This document shows positions 49,917 to 59,479 of a stretch of DNA of 64,000 nucleotides, one piece after another. How positions within the stretch are numbered: position 1 is the stretch's first letter; the number at the start of each line of letters is the position of its first letter. The notes beneath the pieces were generated by a model. It had not been told where the DNA came from. It searched no databases and saw only the letters and a program-made list of their open reading frames with translations. The position numbers and the translations under genes are program-made. Source of the DNA: Flavobacteriaceae bacterium (GTDB taxonomy: Bacteria; Bacteroidota; Bacteroidia; UKL13-3); contig SHWZ01000006.1 in the NCBI GenBank assembly GCA_009693575.1, forward strand, positions 6,523 to 70,522, given 5' to 3'.

Positions 49917-51343
49917 TTTGGAGATGTGATGATGTGATGATGTGGAGATGCTCAAGTTCACGAACTTGTTGGAAAAAACATATCATATTATTTGCCATTA
50001 TCTTCAAATTTCCAAATCTTCAAATCGGTTTGTCAGCTCAAAGCTATACAACAAACTATTTCCGCAGCCCAATAGATAGCCCCATTTATTTAAGTGGAAA
50101 TTTCTGTACGCTCCGCAATGAGCACTTTCATTATGGCATTGATATCACCACGTATGAAAGGGAAGGAATGCCTGTGCTGGCTGCGGCAGATGGCTATGTG
50201 AGTCGAATCAAGGTATGGCCTTATGGATATGGAAAGGCAATATACATTGACCACCCTAATGGCTTCACAACGGTGTATGCCCACTTGAACCGGTTCAATG
50301 ATTTTGTAGGCAAAGCAGTGAAGGATACACAATACAAAAAGGAAAGTTTTGAAGTAGAGTTTTTTCCTGAGCCAGGTGCATGGCCAGTAAAAAAAGGTGA
50401 GCTGATAGCTTACAGCGGCAACAGCGGTGGCAGTAGTGGCCCACATATCCATTTTGAGATACGCCATACCAAGACGGAAGAAATTATCAATCCGCTTTTG
50501 TTTGGACTGAAAGTATTGGATACTATAAAGCCAGAGATAAAAAATGTGGCACTGGTACATTTTGACTATGGACAACCATTCATACACAAAGTATTTACAG
50601 ACACTTTGGATAGTGACACAATTGATTTTCCTGTTGGTGAAACGGGGGTGGAGGCTATCATCAATGATTATACAACTTTTAGGGCTATTATTTTCAATGC
50701 CTACAACATAAGGCTTTTAATAAATTATAGTGAATTAGTTTACAATTGTGCATTCGAGCGATTCCCGTTTGATAAAGCAAAGCAAATAAATAAGCATATT
50801 GATTATGATACATACTGGGACTATGGTTTGCGTTACCAAAAATTATGGATAGACAGTGGAAACACTCTTGGCTTTTACAAAAGTGGAATAGGAAATGGTA
50901 AGTTTATGCTTGACACTGGGGTGATTCTACCAGTTATTATTGGAGCAGCAGATGTTGGATATGGTAATGTTGAAAAAACCTTTTACCTCCGTGGCATTCC
51001 AGATACATTTTCGTGGATAAAAAAAGAACGGATAGTACCACCATTTCGTGTAGGAAAAATTGATTTCAGTCCTCCAACCATCAAACCAACCAACATCAAC
51101 AAAAAAGTAAAAGTAAAAGGCGACTTCATTAACTTTGAAATCAAAGACAAACTCAGCGGCATTGGCAGCTACCGTGGCACACTGGATGGCAAATGGGTAC
51201 TGATGGATTACGATGCCAAGAACGATTGGCTAACATACATATTTGATGAAAACACTCCCAAAGGAAAACTCCTGTTTCACCTAGTTGTTAAAGACAAAAA
51301 GGACAATATGACTGTGTGGAAGAAAGTGATACTAATACCATGA
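49913..51343 (+). CDS. M23-family metallopeptidase, copy 2 (shorter tandem paralog)
   Basis: HFHYGID, YAHL, SGNSGGSSGPHIHFEIR; ATG at 49913 overlaps the upstream stop codon. Confidence 0.9.
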   Translation: MIWRCDDVMMWRCSSSRTCWKKHIILFAIIFKFPNLQIGLSAQSYTTNYFRSPIDSPIYLSGNFCTLRNEHFHYGIDITTYEREGMPVLAAADGYVSRIKVWPYGYGKAIYIDHPNGFTTVYAHLNRFNDFVGKAVKDTQYKKESFEVEFFPEPGAWPVKKGELIAYSGNSGGSSGPHIHFEIRHTKTEEIINPLLFGLKVLDTIKPEIKNVALVHFDYGQPFIHKVFTDTLDSDTIDFPVGETGVEAIINDYTTFRAIIFNAYNIRLLINYSELVYNCAFERFPFDKAKQINKHIDYDTYWDYGLRYQKLWIDSGNTLGFYKSGIGNGKFMLDTGVILPVIIGAADVGYGNVEKTFYLRGIPDTFSWIKKERIVPPFRVGKIDFSPPTIKPTNINKKVKVKGDFINFEIKDKLSGIGSYRGTLDGKWVLMDYDAKNDWLTYIFDENTPKGKLLFHLVVKDKKDNMTVWKKVILIP

Positions 51344-51351
51344 AACTAGTT

Positions 51352-51418
51352 TGTCGGTGTGAGTTTATCGAACGCACGGTTCTCATTTGTCAATGCTTCG
51401 ATTAAACTCTGACTGACA
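51352..51418. repeat. Degenerate REP-like inverted pair
   Basis: TGTCGGTGTGAGTTTATCGAA ... TTCGATTAAACTCTGACTGACA. Confidence 0.65.
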
Positions 51419-51437
51419 GATAAACCATCAAAAAACA

Positions 51438-51884
51438 ATGCTCAAAGAAGGACAAAAAGCCCCCGCATTCACTGCACCAGACCAATCTGGCAAAATTGTT
51501 TCGCTGGAAGATTATGCTGGTAAGAAACTGGTATTATACTTTTACCCACAAGACAATACACCGACCTGTACCGACGAAGCATGTAACCTGAGGGATAACT
51601 ATAAAACTCTAATGAAACAGGGTTACCATATTCTTGGAGTCAGTCCTGACTCCCCCAAAAAGCACACAAACTTTATAAAGAAATATAGCCTACCTTTTAG
51701 CCTACTTGCCGATGAGGATCTAAAATTGAGTAAAGCCTACAATGTTTGGGCACTCAAAACCTTGTTCGGGCGTGAATACATGGGAGTGCTTCGCACCACC
51801 TTCATCATTGATGAGCAGGGAGAAATTGAAAAAGTGATTTCGAAAGTAAAATCGAAAGAACATAGCAGTCAGATATTAGACTGA
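51438..51884 (+). CDS. bcp: Thioredoxin-dependent thiol peroxidase (BCP)
   Basis: LYFYPQDNTPTCTDEACNLRD, RTTFIID. Confidence 0.95.
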   Translation: MLKEGQKAPAFTAPDQSGKIVSLEDYAGKKLVLYFYPQDNTPTCTDEACNLRDNYKTLMKQGYHILGVSPDSPKKHTNFIKKYSLPFSLLADEDLKLSKAYNVWALKTLFGREYMGVLRTTFIIDEQGEIEKVISKVKSKEHSSQILD

Positions 51885-51888
51885 GAAA

Positions 51889-52299
51889 TTACAGATACTT
51901 CTTCTTCAATACATACGAAACAAGGAAATTCTTCATCTTTTCAGGTTTAACCTTTTTCAAGACCACATCACTTTCCATACTATCCGTTTCCGTGTACATG
52001 AGGCAAATTTTGGGTGCAGCTCCTTTCAGAATAATATCGGCTAGTGGCTTACCATTAGGATAGAAAAACCAGTAGCGTGTCACTGAGTCACCATCCACTA
52101 CTTCCTTGCGTTCCCATATAAAACCGATCAATTTCTTTTCTTGATAAATGGCCGAATCCTTCACTTCAACATCAGCTTTAAGGTTGCGGGTCACCTTGAT
52201 AGGTTCTAGATCGTTTTTGTAAGAAAAGATAAACTTGATTTGGGCTTGAAGGTTGCCGAAGCTAAAGGTCAGCAGAGCAATGAGTAGGATACGGTTCAT
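51889..52299 (-). CDS. Hypothetical exported protein
   Basis: Signal peptide MNRILLIALL...LQAQ; 136-aa ORF. Confidence 0.7.
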   Translation of the reverse strand: MNRILLIALLTFSFGNLQAQIKFIFSYKNDLEPIKVTRNLKADVEVKDSAIYQEKKLIGFIWERKEVVDGDSVTRYWFFYPNGKPLADIILKGAAPKICLMYTETDSMESDVVLKKVKPEKMKNFLVSYVLKKKYL

Positions 52300-52715
52300 A
52301 AATATTTGTTTTTGATGTAGTATTGAATAAAATATAGTTTCAGTTCGTTCTTGTTTAGGCTGGGATTAATAGGCACTTTGATTTCTTTGCCATCGATTCG
52401 CTAGAATGCATCGACCGCAATATGGTTAGGTCATTTACGAATACATCTCCTATAGGCTTGCCGTTCAACTTGGAGATGACAAATTTCCGTTGGATAGTAT
52501 CGCCGGCCTGCCATTCAGAAATCTTGCCAATCTCAACATCATCTCCCAAAATGAGGGAATCTTTCACAATGCGGATGTCTTTGCTCATGTTGCTTTTGAC
52601 TAACTTGAATAGGGTGATTTCGTGAGCTTTTAAATGTCAACTAATTGACCACATGCAATTTCGACCGCAAAATAGAAACATCAAGAAAAATACGAATGAA
52701 GTTTAATTTTTTATG
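52296..52715 (-). pseudogene. Decayed tandem paralog of 51889-52299
   Basis: Fragments IVKDSLI...IG.I.E...GD...NGKPIGD and, after a frameshift, NELKLYFIQYYIKNKYL* parallel VKDSAI...IGFIWE...GD...NGKPLAD...MKNFLVSYVLKKKYL*. Confidence 0.7.
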
Positions 52716-52786
52716 ATTTCAAATGTTTTGGCAAAATTAATGGATAGAATGCTTAACAATTCCCTACTTGCCTTTTATTTTGTGCC

Positions 52787-52987
52787 ATGAAATCTTTTGA
52801 CCGCACAGTACTCGTTTTCCACCTCACTATGATGATACTTTACATAGGCCTCGGCATCATGTTCCTAACTTACGACCCGAATCCAATTGGAATTCCTGAA
52901 CCCTATAGCACCGTGCTTGGCTATGTAATGATTCTCTATGGAACCTTTCGAGGGGCAAGAGCAGGTAGGCATTTATTTGTAAAATGA
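52787..52987 (+). CDS. Small two-helix membrane protein
   Basis: M..LY..LG...G..MILYG.FR..R pattern; first gene of the PstS-like/TPR unit. Confidence 0.7.
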   Translation: MKSFDRTVLVFHLTMMILYIGLGIMFLTYDPNPIGIPEPYSTVLGYVMILYGTFRGARAGRHLFVK

Positions 52988-53043
52988 TTGTCACAAACTC
53001 CGGTTTGAGTAGCTATTCAGTAGGAAATTTCGTTACCAAAAAT

Positions 53044-53982
53044 ATGAAACTAGAATTTACTTTAGCGGCTTGCTTAGCTGTGTTGTTTTTTGCTTGTAAA
53101 AATAGCGGCCACACATCCGAGAATACCGACACACCAACTAGTGGAAGCATCACCATTGGCTGCGACCCCACCCTTGAGCCACTTGCCCGTGCAGAGATAC
53201 AGGCTTTCAACGTGCTGTATCCTAAAGCTGATATTCAAATAAAGCTACTAAATGAAAACGAAGCTTTCAATGCCCTGTTGGTAGATAGTGTGAGGCTCAT
53301 CATAGCTGCAAGGGATGTGACCGCAGATGAAAAAAAGCAATTTGACCAAAAACAACAAGTAGTGAAGAGTAGACCTATTGCCCGCGATGGCATTGCATTT
53401 ATTACCCATACCACCATGCCTGACAAAATAAAATATACTGACCTACTAAGCATCATCTCGGGTAAAATGCAGTTTTGGAATCAGTTGGACAAAAGCCTTC
53501 CAGCTAAAGAAATCCAACTAGTATTTGATGACTCGAAGTCGAGTACGGTACTGAATGTAGCAAGTAGAACGGCCGGAGAAATTGGCAAAAATGTTTCAGC
53601 ATTTAATAGTAACCAAAAGGTGATAGACTATGTGAAGGAAAACATTTCAGCTATCGGTATCATTGGCCTTTCGTGGATTTCTGACGGGCAAGACCAAACC
53701 ACTGGAAGTTTCATAAAAAATATACATGTGATGGGCATAGACCCAGGCGATACTTGCGAGTTTGGCGGAACCTATTACAAACCTTTTCAAGCGTATCTGC
53801 TCAAACGCATTTACCCATTTTACCGTGATGTACATGCCATTGTGAACGAGCCAAGGAATGGATTGGGCAATGCTTTTGTTGCATTTTTGGCCAACCAAAC
53901 CGGGCAAACAGTGGTACAACAAAAAGGGCTTCTGCCGCTTGCACAAAGGGCTTGGATTCGCCCAGTGGAAATCAAAAAATAA
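53044..53982 (+). CDS. PstS-like (PBP superfamily) substrate-binding lipoprotein
   Basis: Lipobox FFAC from the ATG at 53044; DTPTSG.I.I..D, IARDGIAFI, YPF.R, G...F..F. Confidence 0.85.
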   Translation: MKLEFTLAACLAVLFFACKNSGHTSENTDTPTSGSITIGCDPTLEPLARAEIQAFNVLYPKADIQIKLLNENEAFNALLVDSVRLIIAARDVTADEKKQFDQKQQVVKSRPIARDGIAFITHTTMPDKIKYTDLLSIISGKMQFWNQLDKSLPAKEIQLVFDDSKSSTVLNVASRTAGEIGKNVSAFNSNQKVIDYVKENISAIGIIGLSWISDGQDQTTGSFIKNIHVMGIDPGDTCEFGGTYYKPFQAYLLKRIYPFYRDVHAIVNEPRNGLGNAFVAFLANQTGQTVVQQKGLLPLAQRAWIRPVEIKK

Positions 53983-54026
53983 TTGGAACAGCTATTGACA
54001 ATACCCAACCGAATTTTAAGAACAAT

Positions 54027-55640
54027 ATGAAACGTACCTTTCTCCTTTTGCCTATCATTCTCTTTTCGATGGCATCACAAAACCTAACTGCACAAACGGC
54101 AGCTGACGGTCTACGCCAGCTAGATGCTATGCAGTATGGCAATGCCAAAAATACCTTTGCCAACCTGCAAACAGAAGAGCCAAACAATGTAGATTACTTT
54201 TATTATCTGGGTGAAATATCCCGATTGATAGACGACCCCGCAGCTGCTAAAGCTCAGTTTGAAGCCGGCCTGACCAAGAACCCTAACAATGCACTTTGCA
54301 TGATTGGCCTCGGCAAATTGGAACTTGACAACAAAAACTTGGAGGCCGCCAAAGTGCATTTCAACAAAGCACTGGAATTGACCAAAACCAAGAATGCACA
54401 AGTTTTGCTCTTCGTTGGCCAGTCATTGATATCTGCTGATGTGAAGGACCTGGACATGGCTGAACCCTTGCTAAAAAAAGCCAGCGAATTAGACAAAAAG
54501 AACCCCGAAGTATTCCTGGCTCTTGGCGATTTGTATTCTGAAAGGAACGACGCCCAACTGCCTATCAAAAACTATGAAGAAGCCTTACGAATTAACGACA
54601 AATACGCCAAAGCCTATATGAAAAAAGGCTTGCTGTTTGCCCGTGCTAGGACTCAGGAAGCCTACCAGACTGCCGTGGAAACCACTCAGAAGGGTATAGA
54701 AGTTGACCCCGACTACGCTCCGCTTTACGCACAGATGGCCGAAATTTATAGCCTAAGCAAACGCTACGAAAAAGCCAAGGAAAACTATGTAAAATACCTG
54801 AGCATGGTGAACAACGACTTGTATGCCCGTGTGCGTTATGCTTCCTTTCTTTACCTCAGCAAGGACTTTGCAAAATGCGTGGAAGAAATAAACGCCATTC
54901 AAGTGGTGGACAGTAGCCGAATTTTTCTTTACAGGCTACTAGGTTGCTCCTACTATGAAACAGGAGATTACCCAAACGCCCTCAAAAACTTGGACCAGTT
55001 TTTTGAGAAACAAAAAGACCCTAAGAAAATAATAGCCGACGACTACCGCTACAATGCCATGACCTTAAGCAAAAGCGGCAAAGACTCACTGGCCGCTGAA
55101 ACCTACAAAAAGCTTATAAACATGGACCCTTCCAAGTCAGACTATTGGGTAGAAGTTGGCAACATATATATAAAAATGAAGAAGTATCGGGAGGCAATCC
55201 AAGCCTTCAAAGCCCACTCTGCAATAAAGGAAAATGTGAACGATTATTTCTCCATTGGCAAAGCCTATTACAACATGACCAAACAAGACAGCACTTGTCA
55301 TGATTCTGCCATTGCAGCCTTCAAAAAAGTAACCGAGATGAAAGCCGAATGGCCAGTTGGATACTACTGGCTGGCCAATGCCACCTTTAGCAAAGAGGCC
55401 AAAAAGAACCTGAAAGACGTGAGTGGTGATGTGAAAGACATCTACGAAAAATTTATTGGCATGGCCAAGGCCGATAGTGTGAAATACAAGCGGGAACTGG
55501 TGCCCAGTTTCAACTACTTGGGCAACTACTACTATGAAAAAAAGAAACTGCCCGAAGCTACAGCAGCCTGCAAAAGCCTCCTAGCCCTCGACCCAGAAAA
55601 CAAAAACGGTCTCAGCTTGAAAAAGGCATTGAAGTTTTAG
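54027..55640 (+). CDS. Exported tetratricopeptide-repeat protein
   Basis: Signal peptide MKRTFLLL (54027); many TPR helix pairs. Confidence 0.9.
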   Translation: MKRTFLLLPIILFSMASQNLTAQTAADGLRQLDAMQYGNAKNTFANLQTEEPNNVDYFYYLGEISRLIDDPAAAKAQFEAGLTKNPNNALCMIGLGKLELDNKNLEAAKVHFNKALELTKTKNAQVLLFVGQSLISADVKDLDMAEPLLKKASELDKKNPEVFLALGDLYSERNDAQLPIKNYEEALRINDKYAKAYMKKGLLFARARTQEAYQTAVETTQKGIEVDPDYAPLYAQMAEIYSLSKRYEKAKENYVKYLSMVNNDLYARVRYASFLYLSKDFAKCVEEINAIQVVDSSRIFLYRLLGCSYYETGDYPNALKNLDQFFEKQKDPKKIIADDYRYNAMTLSKSGKDSLAAETYKKLINMDPSKSDYWVEVGNIYIKMKKYREAIQAFKAHSAIKENVNDYFSIGKAYYNMTKQDSTCHDSAIAAFKKVTEMKAEWPVGYYWLANATFSKEAKKNLKDVSGDVKDIYEKFIGMAKADSVKYKRELVPSFNYLGNYYYEKKKLPEATAACKSLLALDPENKNGLSLKKALKF

Positions 55641-55659
55641 GGTAAAACCTACATTTGCC

Positions 55660-56409
55660 TTGAAAATGAGGCATGGAGGAGAGCAATTCAGGTTTAAGAA
55701 CTTCGTGGTGCAGCACGACCGCTGTGCCATGCGGGTAAGCACAGACGCCATTTTGCTTGGGTCATTGATAGCCCATTGGCTTAGCTCTTACGATGGGAAG
55801 AAAAAAGTACTGGATGTAGGCACAGGCTGCGGCATTCTGTCGCTGATGCTGGCTCAAGAAAGCGGAGCTGAGATAACTGCTCTTGAAATTGACAAAGAAG
55901 CAGCTGTGCAAGCATCAGAAAATTTTGAGCACTCAAATTGGCAGGGCAGAATTCACAGCCTTCACAAATCATTTCAGGAATATATGGTATCGGGGGAACA
56001 GCACTCGTATGATTCCATCGTGTCTAACCCCCCTTTCTTTCCAACCCCACACCCAGTAAAACAACAAACGAACACAGAGCGACACAGGGCTGTGGCCAGA
56101 TTTGAGGACTCCTTACCTTTTCCGGTGTTGATTGATGGTGTGGTAAAACTATTGAAGTCAACAGGCTGCTTCACAGTGATAGTGCCTTATGCACGGGCTG
56201 TTGAGTTCACTGGACTGGCGGGGGCAAACGGACTTTTTCTTTTCAATCAGATGGATATAATATACAAAGAACGAAAGCCTATAGGCAGGTCGGTGCTTCG
56301 GTTTGCAAAGCAGCTGGTGCCGTTCAGCTATGAAAGCCTAACTTTGCATGATATTAATGGCAAGCACACACGTGAATTTGCAGCCCTTACTCGCAAATTT
56401 TATTTATGA
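55660..56409 (+). CDS. tRNA1(Val) (adenine37-N6)-methyltransferase, YfiC/TrmN6 family
   Basis: FRFKNF.V.HDRCAM.VSTDAILLG, LDVGTGCG, IVSNPPFF. Confidence 0.9.
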   Translation: MKMRHGGEQFRFKNFVVQHDRCAMRVSTDAILLGSLIAHWLSSYDGKKKVLDVGTGCGILSLMLAQESGAEITALEIDKEAAVQASENFEHSNWQGRIHSLHKSFQEYMVSGEQHSYDSIVSNPPFFPTPHPVKQQTNTERHRAVARFEDSLPFPVLIDGVVKLLKSTGCFTVIVPYARAVEFTGLAGANGLFLFNQMDIIYKERKPIGRSVLRFAKQLVPFSYESLTLHDINGKHTREFAALTRKFYL

Positions 56410-56900
56410 GCCTCAAACAAATAAGCCTCAACCTACATGGCCACAATCGCTGGGCAAATGAAAAGTTACTTACAGCAATTCCATCGGGCATCGAAGACCT
56501 TGAATTTGTGAGCAGTTTTACAAGTATTCGCAAAACAGCCTACCATATATGGGATGCTGACTGGTATTGGTTGATGCGGCTCCACGGAAATGATGTTTCC
56601 TTTTGTCCGCCAAGTGGAATTTTTGAGGGCACTTTTTTAGAAGGGATTCAGAAACTCTTGATGAAGGAAGATGAAATTTTGGTTTTCCTTGAGTCGCAAG
56701 ACGAGGCTTATTTCAACACCGCACTCACCTATAAAAATACCAAAGAAGATGAGTTTACCCACACAATTTTCAATGTATTGCAACACCTGGCTATGCATAG
56801 TATGTTTCATCGTGGTCAGTTAGTTACGCTTTTAAGGCAAGTAGGAGCTACGGAAATTCCGGCAACAGATCTAATTGTCTATTTCAGGGAGGGCAATTGA
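56406..56900 (+). CDS. DinB-family protein
   Basis: HNRWAN, F.SI..T..HI..A...W..R, H...H...HRGQL...LRQ.G. Confidence 0.9.
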   Translation: MSLKQISLNLHGHNRWANEKLLTAIPSGIEDLEFVSSFTSIRKTAYHIWDADWYWLMRLHGNDVSFCPPSGIFEGTFLEGIQKLLMKEDEILVFLESQDEAYFNTALTYKNTKEDEFTHTIFNVLQHLAMHSMFHRGQLVTLLRQVGATEIPATDLIVYFREGN

Positions 56901-56903
56901 TAT

Positions 56904-58304
56904 ATGCAAAAGCACGGAATAATACCAAGCAGGGCAGTGTATGTAGATACCAACACTGGAAAAGAGCTCTCTCACGAAAACTACCTGAAACACAGTGGCG
57001 AACTTGACCTGAAGGCGATTTGTGTGTTTGCAGCTACCGGTTTTTTTCTTGATGAAGACACTCATTATGAAAGTGTTAAAGCCTTAAAGCCAGCTACTGA
57101 ATTTGAACGAAAATCGGATGGAAATATTGAGGTAGGAAAAACTTATTTTGACTGGCATTATAGTCCTCGGGAACTTACGTTGAAGCAAGCTACGGAAGAA
57201 TTCACAGCCTTGTTTCATCGCATTTGTGGTGAGCAATCCAAAGGTACTTCTATTATACTTCCGCTCTCGGGTGGTCTAGATAGCAGAACGCTTGCTGCTG
57301 CATTGAAAAATCATTCAGACATTCAATCTTATTCGTATGAATACGAAGGTGGTGAGCCAGAAACTAAGTTCAGTGAAGAGATAGCTAACGCCGAAAATTT
57401 TCCATTTACTGGTTTTAAGATTGAGAAAGGATATTTGTGGAATGTAATAGAGGAACTTGGTCGAATAAACCTCTGCTGTTCCGAATTCACCCACCCAAGG
57501 CAGATGGCACATATAAACCAGACGAGCAAGATGGGCGAAACCTTTATGCTTGGGCACTGGGGTGATGTATTGTTTGATGGCATGGGAGTGACCGATAAAC
57601 TTGGCTTTGAGGAGCAGGTGAATATACTTTATAAGAAAGTACTGAAAAAGGGTGGTGCTGAACTTGGTAAAGCACTTTGGCAACAATGGAGTATCGCGGG
57701 CAACTTTGACCAATACTTGAAGGAACGGATTTCGGGACTGCACCAAAATATTAAAATAGAAAATGCGAATGCGAAGGTGCGTGCCTTTAAAAGCCTTTAT
57801 TGGGCTCCCCGATGGACAAGCAGCAATCTCACTATTTTCAATAAATTCAATCAAATAGCACTACCATATTATCACGATGAAATGTGCAAGTTTATATGTA
57901 CTGTTCCAGAACACCTATTGGTAGATAGGCAAGTTCAAATTGAATACTTAAAAAAGCATGCTCCTGAATTAGCGAGGATAAAGCGGCAAGGCTTCGGACT
58001 TGATTTGTATAACTTTCAGGATTTTCATAAATGGCATAAGCTACCAAATAGAATTGGGTTGAAGGTATCAAGGATACTTAGTGGAAGTACTAAAATAAAA
58101 CGAAATTATGAATTGCAGTTTATAGGCACTGAAAACGAGTCACACCTTAAAAAATATATTCAACATCCATCTTTCACTTCATGGGTTGATAAGACAATTG
58201 TGGAGTCCATTTATGAAAAATTCAATATCAATCAAGTTGGGTATTCCCATCCACTTAGTGTGTTGCTCACACTTTCAGTGTTCCATAAATTAAAAACGAA
58301 TTGA
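56904..58304 (+). CDS. Asparagine-synthase-related ATP pyrophosphatase domain protein lacking a glutaminase N-terminus
   Basis: LPLSGGLDSR PP-loop, GHWGD, PYY.D; no N-terminal Cys. Confidence 0.8.
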   Translation: MQKHGIIPSRAVYVDTNTGKELSHENYLKHSGELDLKAICVFAATGFFLDEDTHYESVKALKPATEFERKSDGNIEVGKTYFDWHYSPRELTLKQATEEFTALFHRICGEQSKGTSIILPLSGGLDSRTLAAALKNHSDIQSYSYEYEGGEPETKFSEEIANAENFPFTGFKIEKGYLWNVIEELGRINLCCSEFTHPRQMAHINQTSKMGETFMLGHWGDVLFDGMGVTDKLGFEEQVNILYKKVLKKGGAELGKALWQQWSIAGNFDQYLKERISGLHQNIKIENANAKVRAFKSLYWAPRWTSSNLTIFNKFNQIALPYYHDEMCKFICTVPEHLLVDRQVQIEYLKKHAPELARIKRQGFGLDLYNFQDFHKWHKLPNRIGLKVSRILSGSTKIKRNYELQFIGTENESHLKKYIQHPSFTSWVDKTIVESIYEKFNINQVGYSHPLSVLLTLSVFHKLKTN

Positions 58305-59479
58305 TGGCAAAACCAAAGAAAATAGGCATTGTAGTAAGTATGATTCCGGCGTATTCAGAAACCTTTTTAATAAGTAAAATTAAAGGGTTGCAACAAAGCG
58401 GATTCGATGTAACTGTATTTTCGAACCATAGAAGCAAGCAACGTTTCTTTTTCAAACATGTAGGAGCTTATCCTTCTGGCGGCATTGCTTTAGTATTTTG
58501 GTTTCCGTTTGTGCTTTTGGGATTGTGCTTTTTTAGGTTTTCTTATGTGAAAAAATTTATGGAAATTGCTCAAGGTGAAGGGGGCCGTCTTATTAAAAAC
58601 ATAAAGAAACTATATGCCAATGCCCACATATTGCAGACACCAGTTCAACACCTTCACTTTAGTTTTACAGCTGTGGCAGCAGAAAGGCCATATACAGCTG
58701 CTGCAATTGGAGCCAAAATGACTACAAGTTTTAGAGGGTTTGATATTGAACTTGCCCCATTGAAAGAACCAGGAATCTATACTAATCTTTGGAAATTTAT
58801 TGATGAGGTACACACTATCTCCGACGACTTAGTTCGTACCGCTATTTCCATTGGGATGCCTGAAAATATAAACATCATCAAAATTGTCCCTGCTTTGGAT
58901 ATTCAAAAGTTTAATCTAAAACCAAGCGTCTCAACTATGCGTCCTCTTGTGAGAATAGTGAGTACGGGCCGACTTACTTGGCAAAAGGGGTTTATTTACA
59001 GTATAGAAGCTATGAAAATATTAAACCAACATAGGATTGATTTTTTGTATGAAATCATAGGTGATGGGAGGCAGCAGGAAGAACTGAAATATCAAATACA
59101 CCAAAACGGCCTTGACGACAAAGTGAAACTGCTAGGGAAACTTTCGCACGAAGAAACAAAAAAACGATTGAGCCAATCCGACATTTACATACAACCTAGT
59201 ATTCAGGAAGGATTTTGCAATGCGGCCCTTGAAGCTCAAGCCATAGGGCTTCTCACCATTGTTTCTGATGCAGGTGGCCTACCCGAGAATGTACTCAATG
59301 GACAAACAGGATGGGTCGTTCCTGCCCGAAGCCCCGAAGCACTTTCAACCAAGATATTGGATATACTTACTATGAAACAACCCGAAAAGGAAAACATTGT
59401 TAAGAATGCACGAATGCGAATTGAAACTGAGTTTTCTCTTGAAATACAAAACATAGCATTTGCTCAATTTTTTTCCTGA
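58301..59479 (+). CDS. Glycosyltransferase family 4
   Basis: YSETF, TGRL.WQKG, PS.QEGF.NA.LEAQA, GGLPE. Confidence 0.92.
   Translation: MMAKPKKIGIVVSMIPAYSETFLISKIKGLQQSGFDVTVFSNHRSKQRFFFKHVGAYPSGGIALVFWFPFVLLGLCFFRFSYVKKFMEIAQGEGGRLIKNIKKLYANAHILQTPVQHLHFSFTAVAAERPYTAAAIGAKMTTSFRGFDIELAPLKEPGIYTNLWKFIDEVHTISDDLVRTAISIGMPENINIIKIVPALDIQKFNLKPSVSTMRPLVRIVSTGRLTWQKGFIYSIEAMKILNQHRIDFLYEIIGDGRQQEELKYQIHQNGLDDKVKLLGKLSHEETKKRLSQSDIYIQPSIQEGFCNAALEAQAIGLLTIVSDAGGLPENVLNGQTGWVVPARSPEALSTKILDILTMKQPEKENIVKNARMRIETEFSLEIQNIAFAQFFS

Noticed and set aside
56904..58304. Lasso-peptide cyclase interpretation of the AsnB-like gene
   Set aside because: No precursor peptide, PqqD/RRE or B2 protease gene nearby; the GT4 neighbour points to glycan modification.
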